The translations under genes were made by a program, and so were the position numbers. From the NCBI GenBank assembly GCA_965198025.1, contig OZ240237.1, positions 473,038 through 537,037 of the forward strand: DNA of 64,000 bases, in the 5' to 3' direction. Below the pieces are notes generated by a model. That model worked only from the letters and a program-made list of their open reading frames with translations. It did not search any database and was not told where the DNA came from. Shown in pieces: positions 48,303 through 58,996 of the stretch. How positions within the stretch are numbered: the stretch's first letter is position 1; every line of letters starts with the position of its first letter. This DNA is from Terriglobia bacterium (GTDB lineage Bacteria > Acidobacteriota > Terriglobia > 2-12-FULL-54-10).

Positions 48303-49943
48303 ATGAAAGTTGCGCTGGCGCAGATCAACACGACGGTGGGGGATTTCGCGGGGAACGTGGCCAAGATGCGCCAATTCTCAGCGCGGGCCAAGCAGGCCGG
48401 GGCCCAGGTGGTGATCTTTCCCGAATTGGCGCTATGCGGCTATCCGCCGCGCGATCTGGTGGAAAAACCAAGCTTTGTGGAGCGCAACTGGGTGGAGCTC
48501 GAAGGCTTGGCGCGTAAAGTCCAGGACATCCACATCCTCTGCGGGTTCGTGAACCGGAAGGAAGACGCGGACGGCAAGGAGGCGCAGAACAGCGCAGCCT
48601 GGCTCACCGGAGGGCAGGTGCGGTTCGTGCAGTCGAAGATGCTGCTGCCGACGTATGACGTGTTCGACGAGGCCCGCCATTTTTCTCCGGCGCAGAAGCA
48701 GACGACCTGGGCGTTTTGCGGGCGGCAGTGGGCCGTGACCATCTGTGAGGACATCTGGAACGACAAGAACTATTGGAAGAAGCGCATGTACTTGCGCGAC
48801 CCGGTTGAGGAGCTGGTGCAGCAGGGTGCGAACCTGTTGGTGAATATCTCGGCATCGCCGTATTTCTTGGGGAAGCGGCCGTTTCGGGTGGAGATGCTGC
48901 GGGCGTTTGCGACCCGCTACCGGATGCCGGCGATCTTTGTGAATCAGGTGGGAGGGAACGACAGCCTGATCTTCGACGGGTCCAGCGTGGTGCTCGACCG
49001 GGAAGGGAACATCCGGGCACAGGCGAAGTCGTTTGAAGAGGATCTGGTCTGTTTTGATACGGATACGGGGCGAGGTGAGATCCATCCGCAAATCGAAGGG
49101 GAAGACGAACTGGCGTTCACAGCGCTGGTGCTAGGGACGCGGGACTACGTGCAAAAGTGCGGGTTTCGGTCGGCGCTGATCGGGCTGAGCGGAGGGATCG
49201 ACTCGTCGCTGACCGCGGCGATTGCCGTCGAGGCGCTAGGGGAAGAGAACGTGCTCGGAGTCGCTATGCCGGGTCCGTACTCCTCGCCGGGAAGCATTGC
49301 CGACGCCCGGGCGCTGGCCGGTAACCTGGGCATCCGGTTTGAAGTGCTTCCTATCGGGGAAATCTACGGCGGCTATAACGAGACGCTCCGAGGTGCGTTT
49401 TCGAGGTTGACCCAGGACGTGACGGAGGAGAACATCCAGGCTCGGATTCGCGGGAACCTGCTGATGGCCCTGTCGAACAAGTTCGGCTCGCTGGTGCTCT
49501 CGACGGGGAACAAGAGCGAGCTGGCAGTGGGGTACTGCACGCTGTACGGCGACATGGCAGGGGGGCTGGCGGTGATATCCGACATCCCGAAAACGATGGT
49601 GTATCGGCTGGCGGAGTGGGTGAACCGGGAGCGGGAGGTGATTCCGCGGGCGGTATTCGAAAAGCCGCCGTCGGCGGAGCTGAGGCCCGACCAGAAGGAT
49701 TCCGATAGTCTGCCGCCGTACGAGGTTCTTGACGTGATCCTGAAGGCCTACTTAGAAGAATACGAGACGCCGTGGCAAATCGCAGAGCACTACGGGCTCG
49801 ACCTCGATCTGGTGCGGAGCGTGGTGGCGAAGGTCGATAGCAATGAATACAAACGCCAGCAAGCGGCTCCGGGACTGAAAGTGACATCGAAGGCGTTTGG
49901 GATTGGTCGGCGGTTTCCCGTGGCACAGCGCTACAGAGAGTGA
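48303..49943 (+). CDS. nadE: glutamine-dependent NAD+ synthetase (C-N hydrolase domain + NAD synthetase domain)
   Basis: N-terminal nitrilase-like domain (MKVALAQINTTVGDFAGN...). C-terminal PP-loop GLSGGIDSS. Confidence 0.9.
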   Translation: MKVALAQINTTVGDFAGNVAKMRQFSARAKQAGAQVVIFPELALCGYPPRDLVEKPSFVERNWVELEGLARKVQDIHILCGFVNRKEDADGKEAQNSAAWLTGGQVRFVQSKMLLPTYDVFDEARHFSPAQKQTTWAFCGRQWAVTICEDIWNDKNYWKKRMYLRDPVEELVQQGANLLVNISASPYFLGKRPFRVEMLRAFATRYRMPAIFVNQVGGNDSLIFDGSSVVLDREGNIRAQAKSFEEDLVCFDTDTGRGEIHPQIEGEDELAFTALVLGTRDYVQKCGFRSALIGLSGGIDSSLTAAIAVEALGEENVLGVAMPGPYSSPGSIADARALAGNLGIRFEVLPIGEIYGGYNETLRGAFSRLTQDVTEENIQARIRGNLLMALSNKFGSLVLSTGNKSELAVGYCTLYGDMAGGLAVISDIPKTMVYRLAEWVNREREVIPRAVFEKPPSAELRPDQKDSDSLPPYEVLDVILKAYLEEYETPWQIAEHYGLDLDLVRSVVAKVDSNEYKRQQAAPGLKVTSKAFGIGRRFPVAQRYRE

Positions 49944-50117
49944 ATCGTGGGAATAGCGTTCATCAAGCTGCCAAGGAGGTGGGGCACGCGCAGCGGATGG
50001 CCCGCCTGGTGCTGGAATCAGAACGTAAAAGCGGGGCGGGCCGTTCTTTGGGGAAGCGTGCTACAATGAACAATAGCAAGGCTGTGGAAACACCCGAGTG
50101 GGGCAAAGGGGATCAAC

Positions 50118-51335
50118 ATGCGGGATCGTGACAAGTTCGTTGTGGTTTCGTTCTCGACCGCACTGGCGCTGGTACTGCTGATCGGCGCGGTGCTGGGCCA
50201 GGAAAGCGACTCATCCTCAGAGGCTTACCGGCCACTGTCCGTGCTCAGTGAGGTTCTGGCGCGAATTCAAAGCGACTACGTCGAAGATCCCAACTTCAAC
50301 CAAGTCACCGAGGGCGCTCTGCATGGGCTGCTCGAATCGCTCGACCCGTACAGCAGCTACCTGTCGCCGGAGGAATACCGGCAGTACCAAGGGCGAAATC
50401 AGGGGGAAGGGTCACTGGGTATGGTGGTTTCGAAGCGGTTCGGTTTCGTGAGCATCGTCACGACGTTGCCGAACGGACCGGCAGAACGCGTCGGGCTGCA
50501 AGCGGGCGACATCATTGAATCGATTAACGGAGAGTCCTCGCGAGAGATGTCCATCGCGGAAGTGACCGCACGGCTAGAGGGCCAACCCGGATCGACGATC
50601 ACGTTGGCGGTGGTGAGGGAGCGCGCCGGCGAGCCGAGGCCATTCGAGTTGCGTCGCGAGGTGATACCCGTTCCCGACGTGACGGGACGAATCGTGGCGC
50701 CGGGGATCGGCTATCTGCGAGTCGAAGCGCTGCCGGCTGGTGAGGCACAGAGAATCACATCTCGCATAGAGGAACTGCGCCGTAGCGGGGCTGAGAAATT
50801 CATCCTGGATTTGCGCGACAACGCGTCTGGAGAGATGGAAGAGGGCATCGCCACCGCGAACCTGTTTCTGCGCCGCGGACTGATTGGTTATTTGAGCGGT
50901 CAAACGTATCCACGGGAGAATTTTCTGGCGGAAGAGTTCAATGCCGTGGCGGACGAGCCAGTGGCGGTTCTGGTCAACAGCTCAACCGGCGGGGCGGCAG
51001 AGCTGGTGGCTTCAGCGATTTTGGACAGCAACCGTGGCGACGTGATAGGCGAACGGACGTTCGGAATCGGCTCGGTACAGAAAGTCATCCCGCTCGATGA
51101 CGGCTCAGCCCTGCTGCTTTCCGTAGCGAAGTACTACACTCCGTCGGGCAAGCAGATTCAGGAAGGCGGCGTGGTGCCGAACGTCGTCGTCCAAGAAGAG
51201 CGTGAGTTCGTGCCGCTGCCAGAGCCGGGACAAGCGCCGACACCGCAGCCCCCGACTGACCCGAGCGAGGACGCACCACTGCAGCGGGCCATTGAGGTTC
51301 TTTCCGCACAAGAAAGCCAGCCACAAGCAGCCTGA
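50118..51335 (+). CDS. S41-family C-terminal processing peptidase with PDZ domain
   Basis: PDZ segment (GLQAGDIIESINGES). S41 catalytic region (VLVNSSTGGAAELVASAI...). TM/signal anchor. Confidence 0.8.
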   Translation: MRDRDKFVVVSFSTALALVLLIGAVLGQESDSSSEAYRPLSVLSEVLARIQSDYVEDPNFNQVTEGALHGLLESLDPYSSYLSPEEYRQYQGRNQGEGSLGMVVSKRFGFVSIVTTLPNGPAERVGLQAGDIIESINGESSREMSIAEVTARLEGQPGSTITLAVVRERAGEPRPFELRREVIPVPDVTGRIVAPGIGYLRVEALPAGEAQRITSRIEELRRSGAEKFILDLRDNASGEMEEGIATANLFLRRGLIGYLSGQTYPRENFLAEEFNAVADEPVAVLVNSSTGGAAELVASAILDSNRGDVIGERTFGIGSVQKVIPLDDGSALLLSVAKYYTPSGKQIQEGGVVPNVVVQEEREFVPLPEPGQAPTPQPPTDPSEDAPLQRAIEVLSAQESQPQAA

Positions 51336-51384
51336 GAGCCGGTCTTCCTAAGAGCTAGAAGTCCGTATCATTGGATGGACCAGA

Positions 51385-51945
51385 TTACTTCGCCCGTTCC
51401 AGATACTTCCCCTCAGTAGTGTCGACGCGAATCTTCTCACCCTCGTTGATGAAGGGAGGAACCTGAACGACGAGGCCGGTCTCGAGCTTCGCTGGCTTGG
51501 TGACGTTGCTGGCCGTGGCGCTCTTAAGACCGGGTTCGGTTTCGACCACTGCCAAGTCCACCGTGGGAGGGAGCTCGATGCCGACCGGCTGGCCTTCAAA
51601 GAACTCGACCTTGATCATTCCTTCCGGCAGAAGATAGGCGGCACTCTCACCCAGCACGTCCGCGTTAAGTTGAATCTGGTCGAAAGTCTCCGTGTTCATG
51701 AAGTGGAAGGCGTCCCCGTCGCGGTATAGAAACTGCATTTCCGTCTCATCGAGAACGGCCTGCTCGATTCGGTCCTCGGACCGAAAGCGGTGTTCGATCA
51801 TGGCACCGGAGCGGAGGTCCCGCAGCTTGGCTTGCACAAAGGCCCGCAAGTTGCCGGGTGTGCGGTGGGTGACGCTGAAGACGGAAAACAACTTGCCACC
51901 ATGCTTGATGACGTGGCCGGGGCGCAACTGGGTCGCTGAGATCAT
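51385..51945 (-). CDS. efp: elongation factor P
   Basis: 186 aa. KPGKG-equivalent loop region and three OB/KOW domains. N-terminus [22 protein letters not shown]. Confidence 0.9.
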   Translation of the reverse strand: MISATQLRPGHVIKHGGKLFSVFSVTHRTPGNLRAFVQAKLRDLRSGAMIEHRFRSEDRIEQAVLDETEMQFLYRDGDAFHFMNTETFDQIQLNADVLGESAAYLLPEGMIKVEFFEGQPVGIELPPTVDLAVVETEPGLKSATASNVTKPAKLETGLVVQVPPFINEGEKIRVDTTEGKYLERAK

Positions 51946-52050
51946 GATTGCTCCGATGTAAACTGCGGGACTTGGAGAAAGTCGGCCGCTGCTGGCAGAA
52001 CCGTTCTTTGCTTCCTGGCTTGGGATTATAAGGGAGGAAAGAGCGGGGCG

Positions 52051-53436
52051 TCAACGAACGGAGCCGGAGGCGGCGCCCATCAGGGCCTCGATCTCCTCCA
52101 CCTCGCGCGGAAGACGGTCCGACAACAGGACGTGTCCGGTCTCGGTGACTAGAACCATGTCCTCAATCCGGACGCCGAAGCCTTCTTCCGGCAAATAAAT
52201 ACCCGGTTCGATAGTGATGACCATGCCGGATTCGAGGCGGCTGCCTCGTTCGAACAAATCGTGGACATAGAGGCCGACATGATGCCCGAGGCCATGGGTA
52301 AAGTACTGACCGAGGGGCTGGCCGTGACTGTCGGTGCCGTGCGAGTTGATGTAGTCGAGGGCGATCTGGTATAGACTGCCTGAACCGCGGCGCCCAAGGG
52401 TCATGCCGGGCTTGACGGCGGCAATCGCAGCCTTCTGCGCGCCGAGAACGATCTCGTAGAGTTCGCGCTGACGGGGAGTAAACCGGCCACTTACGGGAAG
52501 CGTACGGCTAATGTCGGCGGCGTAGTGCGCATACTCGCCGCCAATGTCGAGCACGACCAGATCGCCAGTCTGCATGCGCTCGGTGTTGCGGTTGTAATGC
52601 AGGATGGTCGAGCGCGTTCCGGAGCCAACGATCAGTCCGAAGGCAGGACGGGTGCAGCCAGCCTTGGCAAAGGTGTACTGCATCAGTGCAGCGATCTCGT
52701 ACTCGAAAAGGCCGGGCTGGGTCTCGTGCATGGCGGCCAGGTGGGCGTCCATGGAACACTCGGTTGCCCGTCGGATGAAATTATGCTCACCGGCGGACTT
52801 GATCTGTCGCAGGCTGCCGAGCGCTTCACGTGGATCGTGCAGCGTAAGCCGCGGAAGAATCGTCTTCAGCCGTTCCACATTGGCCCGCGCAAACGAGGAC
52901 CCCATTTCCCCGGAATGTGTCTGGGGGAGCAAGGTGTAGACGTTCGAGAAGCCGCGTGCGTAGCGGCGCAGTTCCTCTTCCAGTTCTTTGACATTCTTGA
53001 CGGCGGCAAAGCCTGTCTCGCGAGCAATGGCCGGGTCGGCGGGGTCCGGCTTGGAGCCGGTCCAGTGTTCACGTTCCGGATTGCGCGCGGGAAGAAACAG
53101 TATCTCGCGGGGCCGACGAAGAGACTCCTCGCGGTATCGCGAGCGTCGGTCCTCGACCGGCGGGGCTAGGAGCAGAACTGCGCCCGGATAGTCGAACCCG
53201 GTCAGGTAGTAAAAATTATTTTCCTGCCGGAAGGGGAGCAGCGAATCAGGCCCGGAATTGCCGGTGTAGCCGAACAGAACCGTCAGGCCGTCGGGCAGCT
53301 TTTGCCGGAGAGCCTCGCGGCGGGCCTGGAAGACGGCAACCGGCTCGCGTACCTGGGCGGGAAGCACAACCGACAGCAACAGCAAAACGGTTGCTAAACG
53401 GAAAAGACTCCGTGCGTGGATGGTTCTCTGTATCAT
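52051..53436 (-). CDS. M24-family Xaa-Pro aminopeptidase (secreted/anchored)
   Basis: Metal-ligand motifs DIGGEYAHYAADISRT, HGLGHHVGLYVHD and EPGIY. Signal peptide. Start trimmed to the internal Met of ORF 52051..53472. Confidence 0.8.
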   Translation of the reverse strand: MIQRTIHARSLFRLATVLLLLSVVLPAQVREPVAVFQARREALRQKLPDGLTVLFGYTGNSGPDSLLPFRQENNFYYLTGFDYPGAVLLLAPPVEDRRSRYREESLRRPREILFLPARNPEREHWTGSKPDPADPAIARETGFAAVKNVKELEEELRRYARGFSNVYTLLPQTHSGEMGSSFARANVERLKTILPRLTLHDPREALGSLRQIKSAGEHNFIRRATECSMDAHLAAMHETQPGLFEYEIAALMQYTFAKAGCTRPAFGLIVGSGTRSTILHYNRNTERMQTGDLVVLDIGGEYAHYAADISRTLPVSGRFTPRQRELYEIVLGAQKAAIAAVKPGMTLGRRGSGSLYQIALDYINSHGTDSHGQPLGQYFTHGLGHHVGLYVHDLFERGSRLESGMVITIEPGIYLPEEGFGVRIEDMVLVTETGHVLLSDRLPREVEEIEALMGAASGSVR

Positions 53437-53484
53437 GTTAGCCTTCGCTGTCAGCGTGAGGACCCACCACATTGTACTGCGAAT

Positions 53485-54372
53485 CTATGGGCTGCGACTC
53501 ACAATGTCGATACCCCAGAATAGCATCAAGAGAATCCCGATCCAGCCATTGATGCTGAAGAACGCAGCGTCGAGTCGCGAGAGATCAAACGGCTTGACCA
53601 GGCTGTGTTCGTAGAGCAACAGCGCGGCGGTTACTGCGACCCCGAGCAGACTGATCCATCCGAGTTGTTCGGCGCGGGCGAGTCCGAACAGCAGAACAAC
53701 CATCAGCGCGTGCATCGCAGTCGAGACCTGTAGGGCGCGGGCGATTCCCCACCGCTGCGGAACGCTATGCAGACCGACCCGCCGGTCAAAGTCGATGTCC
53801 TGACAGGCATAGAGTATGTCGAAGCCGGCCGTCCAGAGCGTAACAGCGGCCGTCAGGAGGAGTATCGAGGACGAAAGCGAGCCGCGGATGGCAATCCAGG
53901 CCGCCACCGGAGCTATGCCCAGGCAGAAGCCGAGTACCAGATGCGAGTAGACCGTAAACCGCTTCGTGTACGAGTAGAGAAACAAAATAGCAAGGGCAAC
54001 GGGGGAGAGGCGGAAAGCAAGCGAGTTGAGCTGGTAAGCGGCGAAGACCAGGATGGCCGAGGAAAATAAGGCGAAGACGGCGACAAACCGAACGCTCAAC
54101 AGACCAGCCGGCAAGGCGCGCTCGGCCGTACGAGGGTTCTGCGCGTCGAGCTTGTGGTCAATCAGGCGGTTGAAGCTCATGGCAGCGGAGCGAGCTCCGA
54201 CCATGGCCACGATAATCCAGAGAACCTGGTGGCCGGTGGGCCAGCCGCGAGCAGCCAACAGCGCGCCGATCATCGCGAATGGAAGCGCAAAGATCGAGTG
54301 CTCGACCTTGATCATTTCGAGCGTGGTCCGGATGTTGTGCCACAAGGAAGATTTCGACGCAACCATTGGCAT
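53485..54372 (-). CDS. UbiA-family aromatic prenyltransferase (4-hydroxybenzoate polyprenyltransferase-like)
   Basis: 295 aa with about 8-9 TM helices. [21 protein letters not shown] and DIDFDRRVG Asp-rich motifs of the UbiA family. Confidence 0.75.
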   Translation of the reverse strand: MPMVASKSSLWHNIRTTLEMIKVEHSIFALPFAMIGALLAARGWPTGHQVLWIIVAMVGARSAAMSFNRLIDHKLDAQNPRTAERALPAGLLSVRFVAVFALFSSAILVFAAYQLNSLAFRLSPVALAILFLYSYTKRFTVYSHLVLGFCLGIAPVAAWIAIRGSLSSSILLLTAAVTLWTAGFDILYACQDIDFDRRVGLHSVPQRWGIARALQVSTAMHALMVVLLFGLARAEQLGWISLLGVAVTAALLLYEHSLVKPFDLSRLDAAFFSINGWIGILLMLFWGIDIVSRSP

Positions 54373-54497
54373 GGGAAAACCCGATCCTGCTAGGAGGCTA
54401 TTATACGGTAATGGGCTGCTGGGTTTGGGTTACCCGGTGAGATTACCCGGCAAGGCTGATTGGCCGTCTGTGAAGGAGATTGGTAAACTAGCGTCCC

Positions 54498-55244
54498 GTG
54501 AATGAGCAGCAGATCCAGAAACTGTTTGCGGCTGTCCAACAGGGGAAACTGCAACCGGAGGACGCCGTTGACCGGCTGAAACACCTTCCGTTTGAGGACC
54601 TTGGGTTCGCCAAGCTCGACCACCATCGCCTGCTGCGGCAGGGCATGCCGGAGACGGTTTACGCCCCGGGGAAGACACCGGAGCAGATCGCGCGGATCGT
54701 TCGGCAAATGGTGAAGCGCTCGCCGAATGTCTTGGTGACACGGGCGGACCGGAATGTGGCAGCGCGGGTCCGGCGGGTGGTGCGGGATGCAAAATTTCAT
54801 CCGCTTTCGGGTGCGATCGCAATTCAGCGCGACAGGACGCAGCACGGAAAAGGCAAAATTCTGGTGGTCTCGGCCGGTTCCTCGGATATTCCGGTGGCGG
54901 AAGAAGCGCTGTTGACGGCCGAAGTGATGGGGAATCCGGTTGCGCATCTTTATGACGTGGGTGTGGCTGGGATTCATCGGCTGCTGGAGCACCGTGCGGA
55001 ACTGGCGGAGGCGCGAGTCATCATCTGTGTGGCAGGGATGGAAGGAGCGCTACCGAGCGTGGTCGCGGGCCTGGTGGCCGCACCGGTAATCGCAGTACCA
55101 ACGAGCGTGGGCTACGGAGCGAGCTTTGGGGGGGTAGCGGCACTGCTCGGCATGCTGAATAGCTGTGCGTCGAACGTAGTAGTCGTGAATATTGACAACG
55201 GTTTCGGGGCGGGGTGCTTTGCTACGGTTATAAATCGGTTTTAG
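54498..55244 (+). CDS. LarB/PurE-like (AIR carboxylase-related, COG1691) protein
   Basis: PurE-like C-terminal fold pattern (KILVVSAGSSDIPVAEEA...ARVIICVAGMEGALPSVVAGL...VIAVPTSVGYG). Confidence 0.55.
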   Translation: MNEQQIQKLFAAVQQGKLQPEDAVDRLKHLPFEDLGFAKLDHHRLLRQGMPETVYAPGKTPEQIARIVRQMVKRSPNVLVTRADRNVAARVRRVVRDAKFHPLSGAIAIQRDRTQHGKGKILVVSAGSSDIPVAEEALLTAEVMGNPVAHLYDVGVAGIHRLLEHRAELAEARVIICVAGMEGALPSVVAGLVAAPVIAVPTSVGYGASFGGVAALLGMLNSCASNVVVVNIDNGFGAGCFATVINRF

Positions 55245-55291
55245 ATTTCCCACGTCGCCTATTGCATCCAAGCAAGCAATAGCGCAGGCGG

Positions 55292-56587
55292 CTACTTTCC
55301 AAACACTCTCTCGAAAATCGTGTCCACGTGACGAAGCTGGCGGTCCAGGCTGAAGACGGCGTCGAGGTCGGCAGGAGTGAGGGTACGGGAGATGTCGGGG
55401 TCGGCAGAGACGAGCCGGCGGAAATCTTCGCCGTTCTCCCAGGCGCGCATGGCGTTGCGCTGGACCCAGAGGTAGGCTTCTTCGCGCAGGATGCCCTTGG
55501 CGGCAAGGTCGAGCAGAAGCTGGCCGGAGAAAATCAGGCCACGGGTCATTTCGAGATTCTTCTGCATGCGATCAGGATAGACGAAGAGCTTGTCCACGAT
55601 GCGGGTCGTGCGGTCGAGGAGATAGTCGGTGAGAATCGTGCTGTCGGGCAGGATGATGCGCTCGACGGAGGAGTGCGAAATATCGCGCTCGTGCCAGAGC
55701 GCGACGTTCTCGAGCGCGGCCTGGGCGTTGGAGCGCACGACTCGGGCGAGGCCGCAGATCTGCTCGCAACCGACCGGGTTGCGCTTGTGCGGCATGGCGG
55801 AAGAACCCTTCTGGCCCTCTGCAAAATACTCTTCTGCTTCCCGGACTTCGGTGCGCTGAAGCGAGCGGACCTCGAGCGCGATCTTCTCGAGCGACGCCGC
55901 GATGACGGCGAGCGTGGAAACGTAATGGGCGTGGCGGTCGCGCTGGATGACCTGGCTCGAAATCGCGGCGGGGTGGAGGCTGAGCTTGGCGCAGATGGCT
56001 TCTTCCACTTCCGGGCCGATGTGGGCGAACGTTCCGACCGCGCCGGAGATTTTTCCGACGGCGATTTCTTCGGCAGCGCGCTCCATACGGGCGATGTTGC
56101 GCTGGTTTTCCGAGTACCAGTTGGCGAGCTTCAAGCCGAACGTAACCGGCTCGGCATGGACACCGTGGGTGCGCCCGATCATCACTGCGTTCCGGAACTC
56201 GAAGGCGCGGCGGCGCAGGACCTCTCCGAGACGCTGCTGGGCGTTAACGATCAGGCGGGAGGCGTCACGAAGCAGAAGGGCTTGGGCAGTGTCTACAACG
56301 TCGTTGGAGGTCAGTCCGAAATGAAGATATCGTGACTCGTGCCCCAGGTTCTCGGCAACCGCGGTGGTGAAGGCCACCACATCGTGCTTGACGTCGGCTT
56401 CGATCTCGGCGATGCGTCGGACGTCGAAGCGGGCTCCGCCGCGGAGGGCGCGCGCCGCCTCGGCGGGAATTTCGCCACGCGCGGCCAGCACTTCCGCGGC
56501 TACCAGCTCGACTTCAAGCCACATGCGGAATTTGTTCTCTTCGGTCCAGATGGCGCCCATCTCGGGGCGGGTGTAGCGGGAGATCAC
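55292..56587 (-). CDS. purB: adenylosuccinate lyase
   Basis: Fumarate-lyase signature GSSAMPHKRNP. 431 aa. Confidence 0.9.
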   Translation of the reverse strand: MISRYTRPEMGAIWTEENKFRMWLEVELVAAEVLAARGEIPAEAARALRGGARFDVRRIAEIEADVKHDVVAFTTAVAENLGHESRYLHFGLTSNDVVDTAQALLLRDASRLIVNAQQRLGEVLRRRAFEFRNAVMIGRTHGVHAEPVTFGLKLANWYSENQRNIARMERAAEEIAVGKISGAVGTFAHIGPEVEEAICAKLSLHPAAISSQVIQRDRHAHYVSTLAVIAASLEKIALEVRSLQRTEVREAEEYFAEGQKGSSAMPHKRNPVGCEQICGLARVVRSNAQAALENVALWHERDISHSSVERIILPDSTILTDYLLDRTTRIVDKLFVYPDRMQKNLEMTRGLIFSGQLLLDLAAKGILREEAYLWVQRNAMRAWENGEDFRRLVSADPDISRTLTPADLDAVFSLDRQLRHVDTIFERVFGK

Positions 56588-56611
56588 GGCAGATTCCTCA
56601 GAACCAAGACT

Positions 56612-57310
56612 TCAAAACCAGAATACTTCAGTCGGCTCGGTCTGCGAGCTGACAGCCAGAGTGGTCTGGCGCGCGTCGAGTTCTTCGAGAGCCGAAGCGG
56701 CCTCCAGGCGCGCGATTTCCGGGTGATTATTCTGCTGGCTCAGATGAGCGAGCACGAGCATGCGCGCCTCGCAGTCGAACTCGTCGCGCAGGAACTCACC
56801 CAAAGCGCTATTTGAAAGGTGCCCTTCACGGCTCATGACGCGCTGCTTAACGTACCAGGGATACGGGCCGCTGCGGAGCATCTCCAGGTCGTGGTTCGAT
56901 TCCAGAACCATGCCGTGGCAGCCACTGAGGTAATGCTTCACGTTCTGCGGTATGTAGCCCAGGTCCGTTACGACGGCGACACGAACTCCTTCGGCAGTGA
57001 ACCGGAACGCCACGGGGTCAACAGCGTCGTGGGGAATCGTGAACGGATCTATGACGATGTTGCCGATCTCGAAGCGGCTTCCCGGTTGAAAGGACTCGAC
57101 TGCAGGCAGCTTGATCTGCGGAGGCAGGGCCTGGCGCGTCCGGGAGGATATGTAAACCGGCGCTTTCGACAGCACGGCAATCCGGGCCAAGCCGTGAATG
57201 TGGTCGGAGTGCTCATGAGTAATCAGGATGGCGTCGAGCGCTTCGAGCGGTTCACCAATGAGGTTCATCCGTCGGAGGGTTTCCCGTCCGCTCAACCCGG
57301 CGTCAATCAA
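56612..57310 (-). CDS. MBL-fold metallo-hydrolase
   Basis: ILITHEHSDHIHGL HxHxDH motif. Confidence 0.7.
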   Translation of the reverse strand: MIDAGLSGRETLRRMNLIGEPLEALDAILITHEHSDHIHGLARIAVLSKAPVYISSRTRQALPPQIKLPAVESFQPGSRFEIGNIVIDPFTIPHDAVDPVAFRFTAEGVRVAVVTDLGYIPQNVKHYLSGCHGMVLESNHDLEMLRSGPYPWYVKQRVMSREGHLSNSALGEFLRDEFDCEARMLVLAHLSQQNNHPEIARLEAASALEELDARQTTLAVSSQTEPTEVFWF

Positions 57311-57504
57311 TAGTCGGACGCGTTCGGTGGCGAGAAAGGTCGAATTGCCGGAACTGCCGCTGCCCAGGACCGCTACTCGAAGGCTGATGGTTCACCTCGA
57401 AACAAACAGGAGTCAGAAAACGGAAGTCTGAAGTCCGAATCGAAGAACGAAATCAGAATGGGTCTCTTGCCGGGACAAAGGACCGCTCGGGAAACATTGC
57501 GCCC

Positions 57505-58911
57505 TTAGCACGCGAGCATTTTGCGGTCGATCTTCATGCCGTCGAGTGGCCCCAGAACCGTGAGCGAAATCCGTTCGGTTCGAAAGAACTCTTGGATGAT
57601 GGCCGCAACGTCTTCCGCTGTCACAGAGTCGATCCGGGCCGTCAGTTCGTCGAGTGAAAAGAAACGGCTAAAGTACATATGCTGGCGGGCGAGGTTCGAC
57701 ATTCGGTTGGTCGTGGATTCGAGCCCCAGCATAAGGCTTCCTTTCAACTGGTCTTTGGCGCGCTGCAGCTCGTCCGGCCGGACGCCGTTCTCCTTCAAAT
57801 CGCGGAACTCTTCGACGATGCTGGCGACAACGCGCCCGGCAGACTCCGGAGACGTTCCGGCGTATACAACCAGACAACCCGTGTCCCGATAGGGCATCAG
57901 ATCGGAGAAAACCGAATACGCCAGGCCCTGCCGTTCCCGGATATTCTGAAAGAGGCGCGAACTCATGCCGCCGCCGAGCAGGGTGTTGAGAATGTAGCAG
58001 GCGTAACGGCGCTCATGTACCAGTGGGTAGGAGGGAACTCCCAGACATAGATGAACCTGCCTGAGAGCCGGTTTGTTCTTCAGCGTAATGTGCGGGCGAA
58101 CCACCGGACTGGGATCCACGACCCGACTCGAGCGGGGGCGCAGGGCGTGAAACCGCTTCCCGACCAGATCCAAAATTTGAGAATGGCGCAGGTGCCCTGC
58201 GGCTGACACAACGATATTGTTGGGTCGATAGAAGCGGTCGAACTGTTCCAGGATCGACTTGCGGTCCAACGATTGAATCGTCTTGCGCGTGCCCAGAATG
58301 GGTTTGCCGAGCGAATGGCCTCTCCAGAAGCCTCGCGTGAACGTCTCGTGCAGCAGATACTCGGGATTATCCTGCTCGGCTTTGATCTCTTCCATGACGA
58401 CTTTGCGCTCTCGGGCGACGTCTTCCGGTTGAAACAACGGATTGAGCACCAAATCGCTGAGGACGTCGAAGGCCTTCGTCAGATTTTCGTCCAAAACCAC
58501 GGTGTTGAAGCTGACAGTTTCCTTGGCAGTGAAGGCGTCGAGGTGTCCTCCGACCGAATCCATGGAACGGGCAATCTGTTCCGCCGTGCGGTTACGTGTT
58601 CCCTTGAACACCATATGCTCGATGAAGTGCGAGACGCCACCGCGCGTAGGGTTCTCCTGGCGGGAGCCGGTTCGCAGCCAGATTCCCACCGAAACGGACC
58701 GCACGTGCGGCATGGATTCCGTAAGCAGGATCAGGCCGTTGGGCAGGACTTCTTTCCGAATGTTGCGCGGAATCTTTGCGTTCGTGGACTTCTTAGGGAC
58801 CGGCATCACGCGGGAGTCTTTCCAAGGTGGTAAGGCAGTGGTTTCGTAGCGGAAGTCAACCGTTAGGCTGCCACCCATAACCATTCTTAACCCAAACAGC
58901 ATATTTTGCAA
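57505..58911 (-). CDS. M16-family (pitrilysin/insulinase-like) zinc peptidase
   Basis: Inverted zinc motif HFIEH (GGVSHFIEHMVFKGT). Confidence 0.8.
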   Translation of the reverse strand: MQNMLFGLRMVMGGSLTVDFRYETTALPPWKDSRVMPVPKKSTNAKIPRNIRKEVLPNGLILLTESMPHVRSVSVGIWLRTGSRQENPTRGGVSHFIEHMVFKGTRNRTAEQIARSMDSVGGHLDAFTAKETVSFNTVVLDENLTKAFDVLSDLVLNPLFQPEDVARERKVVMEEIKAEQDNPEYLLHETFTRGFWRGHSLGKPILGTRKTIQSLDRKSILEQFDRFYRPNNIVVSAAGHLRHSQILDLVGKRFHALRPRSSRVVDPSPVVRPHITLKNKPALRQVHLCLGVPSYPLVHERRYACYILNTLLGGGMSSRLFQNIRERQGLAYSVFSDLMPYRDTGCLVVYAGTSPESAGRVVASIVEEFRDLKENGVRPDELQRAKDQLKGSLMLGLESTTNRMSNLARQHMYFSRFFSLDELTARIDSVTAEDVAAIIQEFFRTERISLTVLGPLDGMKIDRKMLAC

Positions 58912-58996
58912 TTCTAAAGCGGAAGAAAGTTGGCGTCTTCGGCTGGGATGGAGTGGCAGAACGGGCTGTTGCAGTCTGGTACAATGGAGGGCAGAA

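Noticed and set aside
55255-55290. Inverted repeat ctattgc-(10 nt)-gcaatag between convergent larB-like and purB as a bidirectional terminator
   Set aside because: The stem is only 7 bp and AT-rich, with no flanking T or A tracts. Too weak to call.
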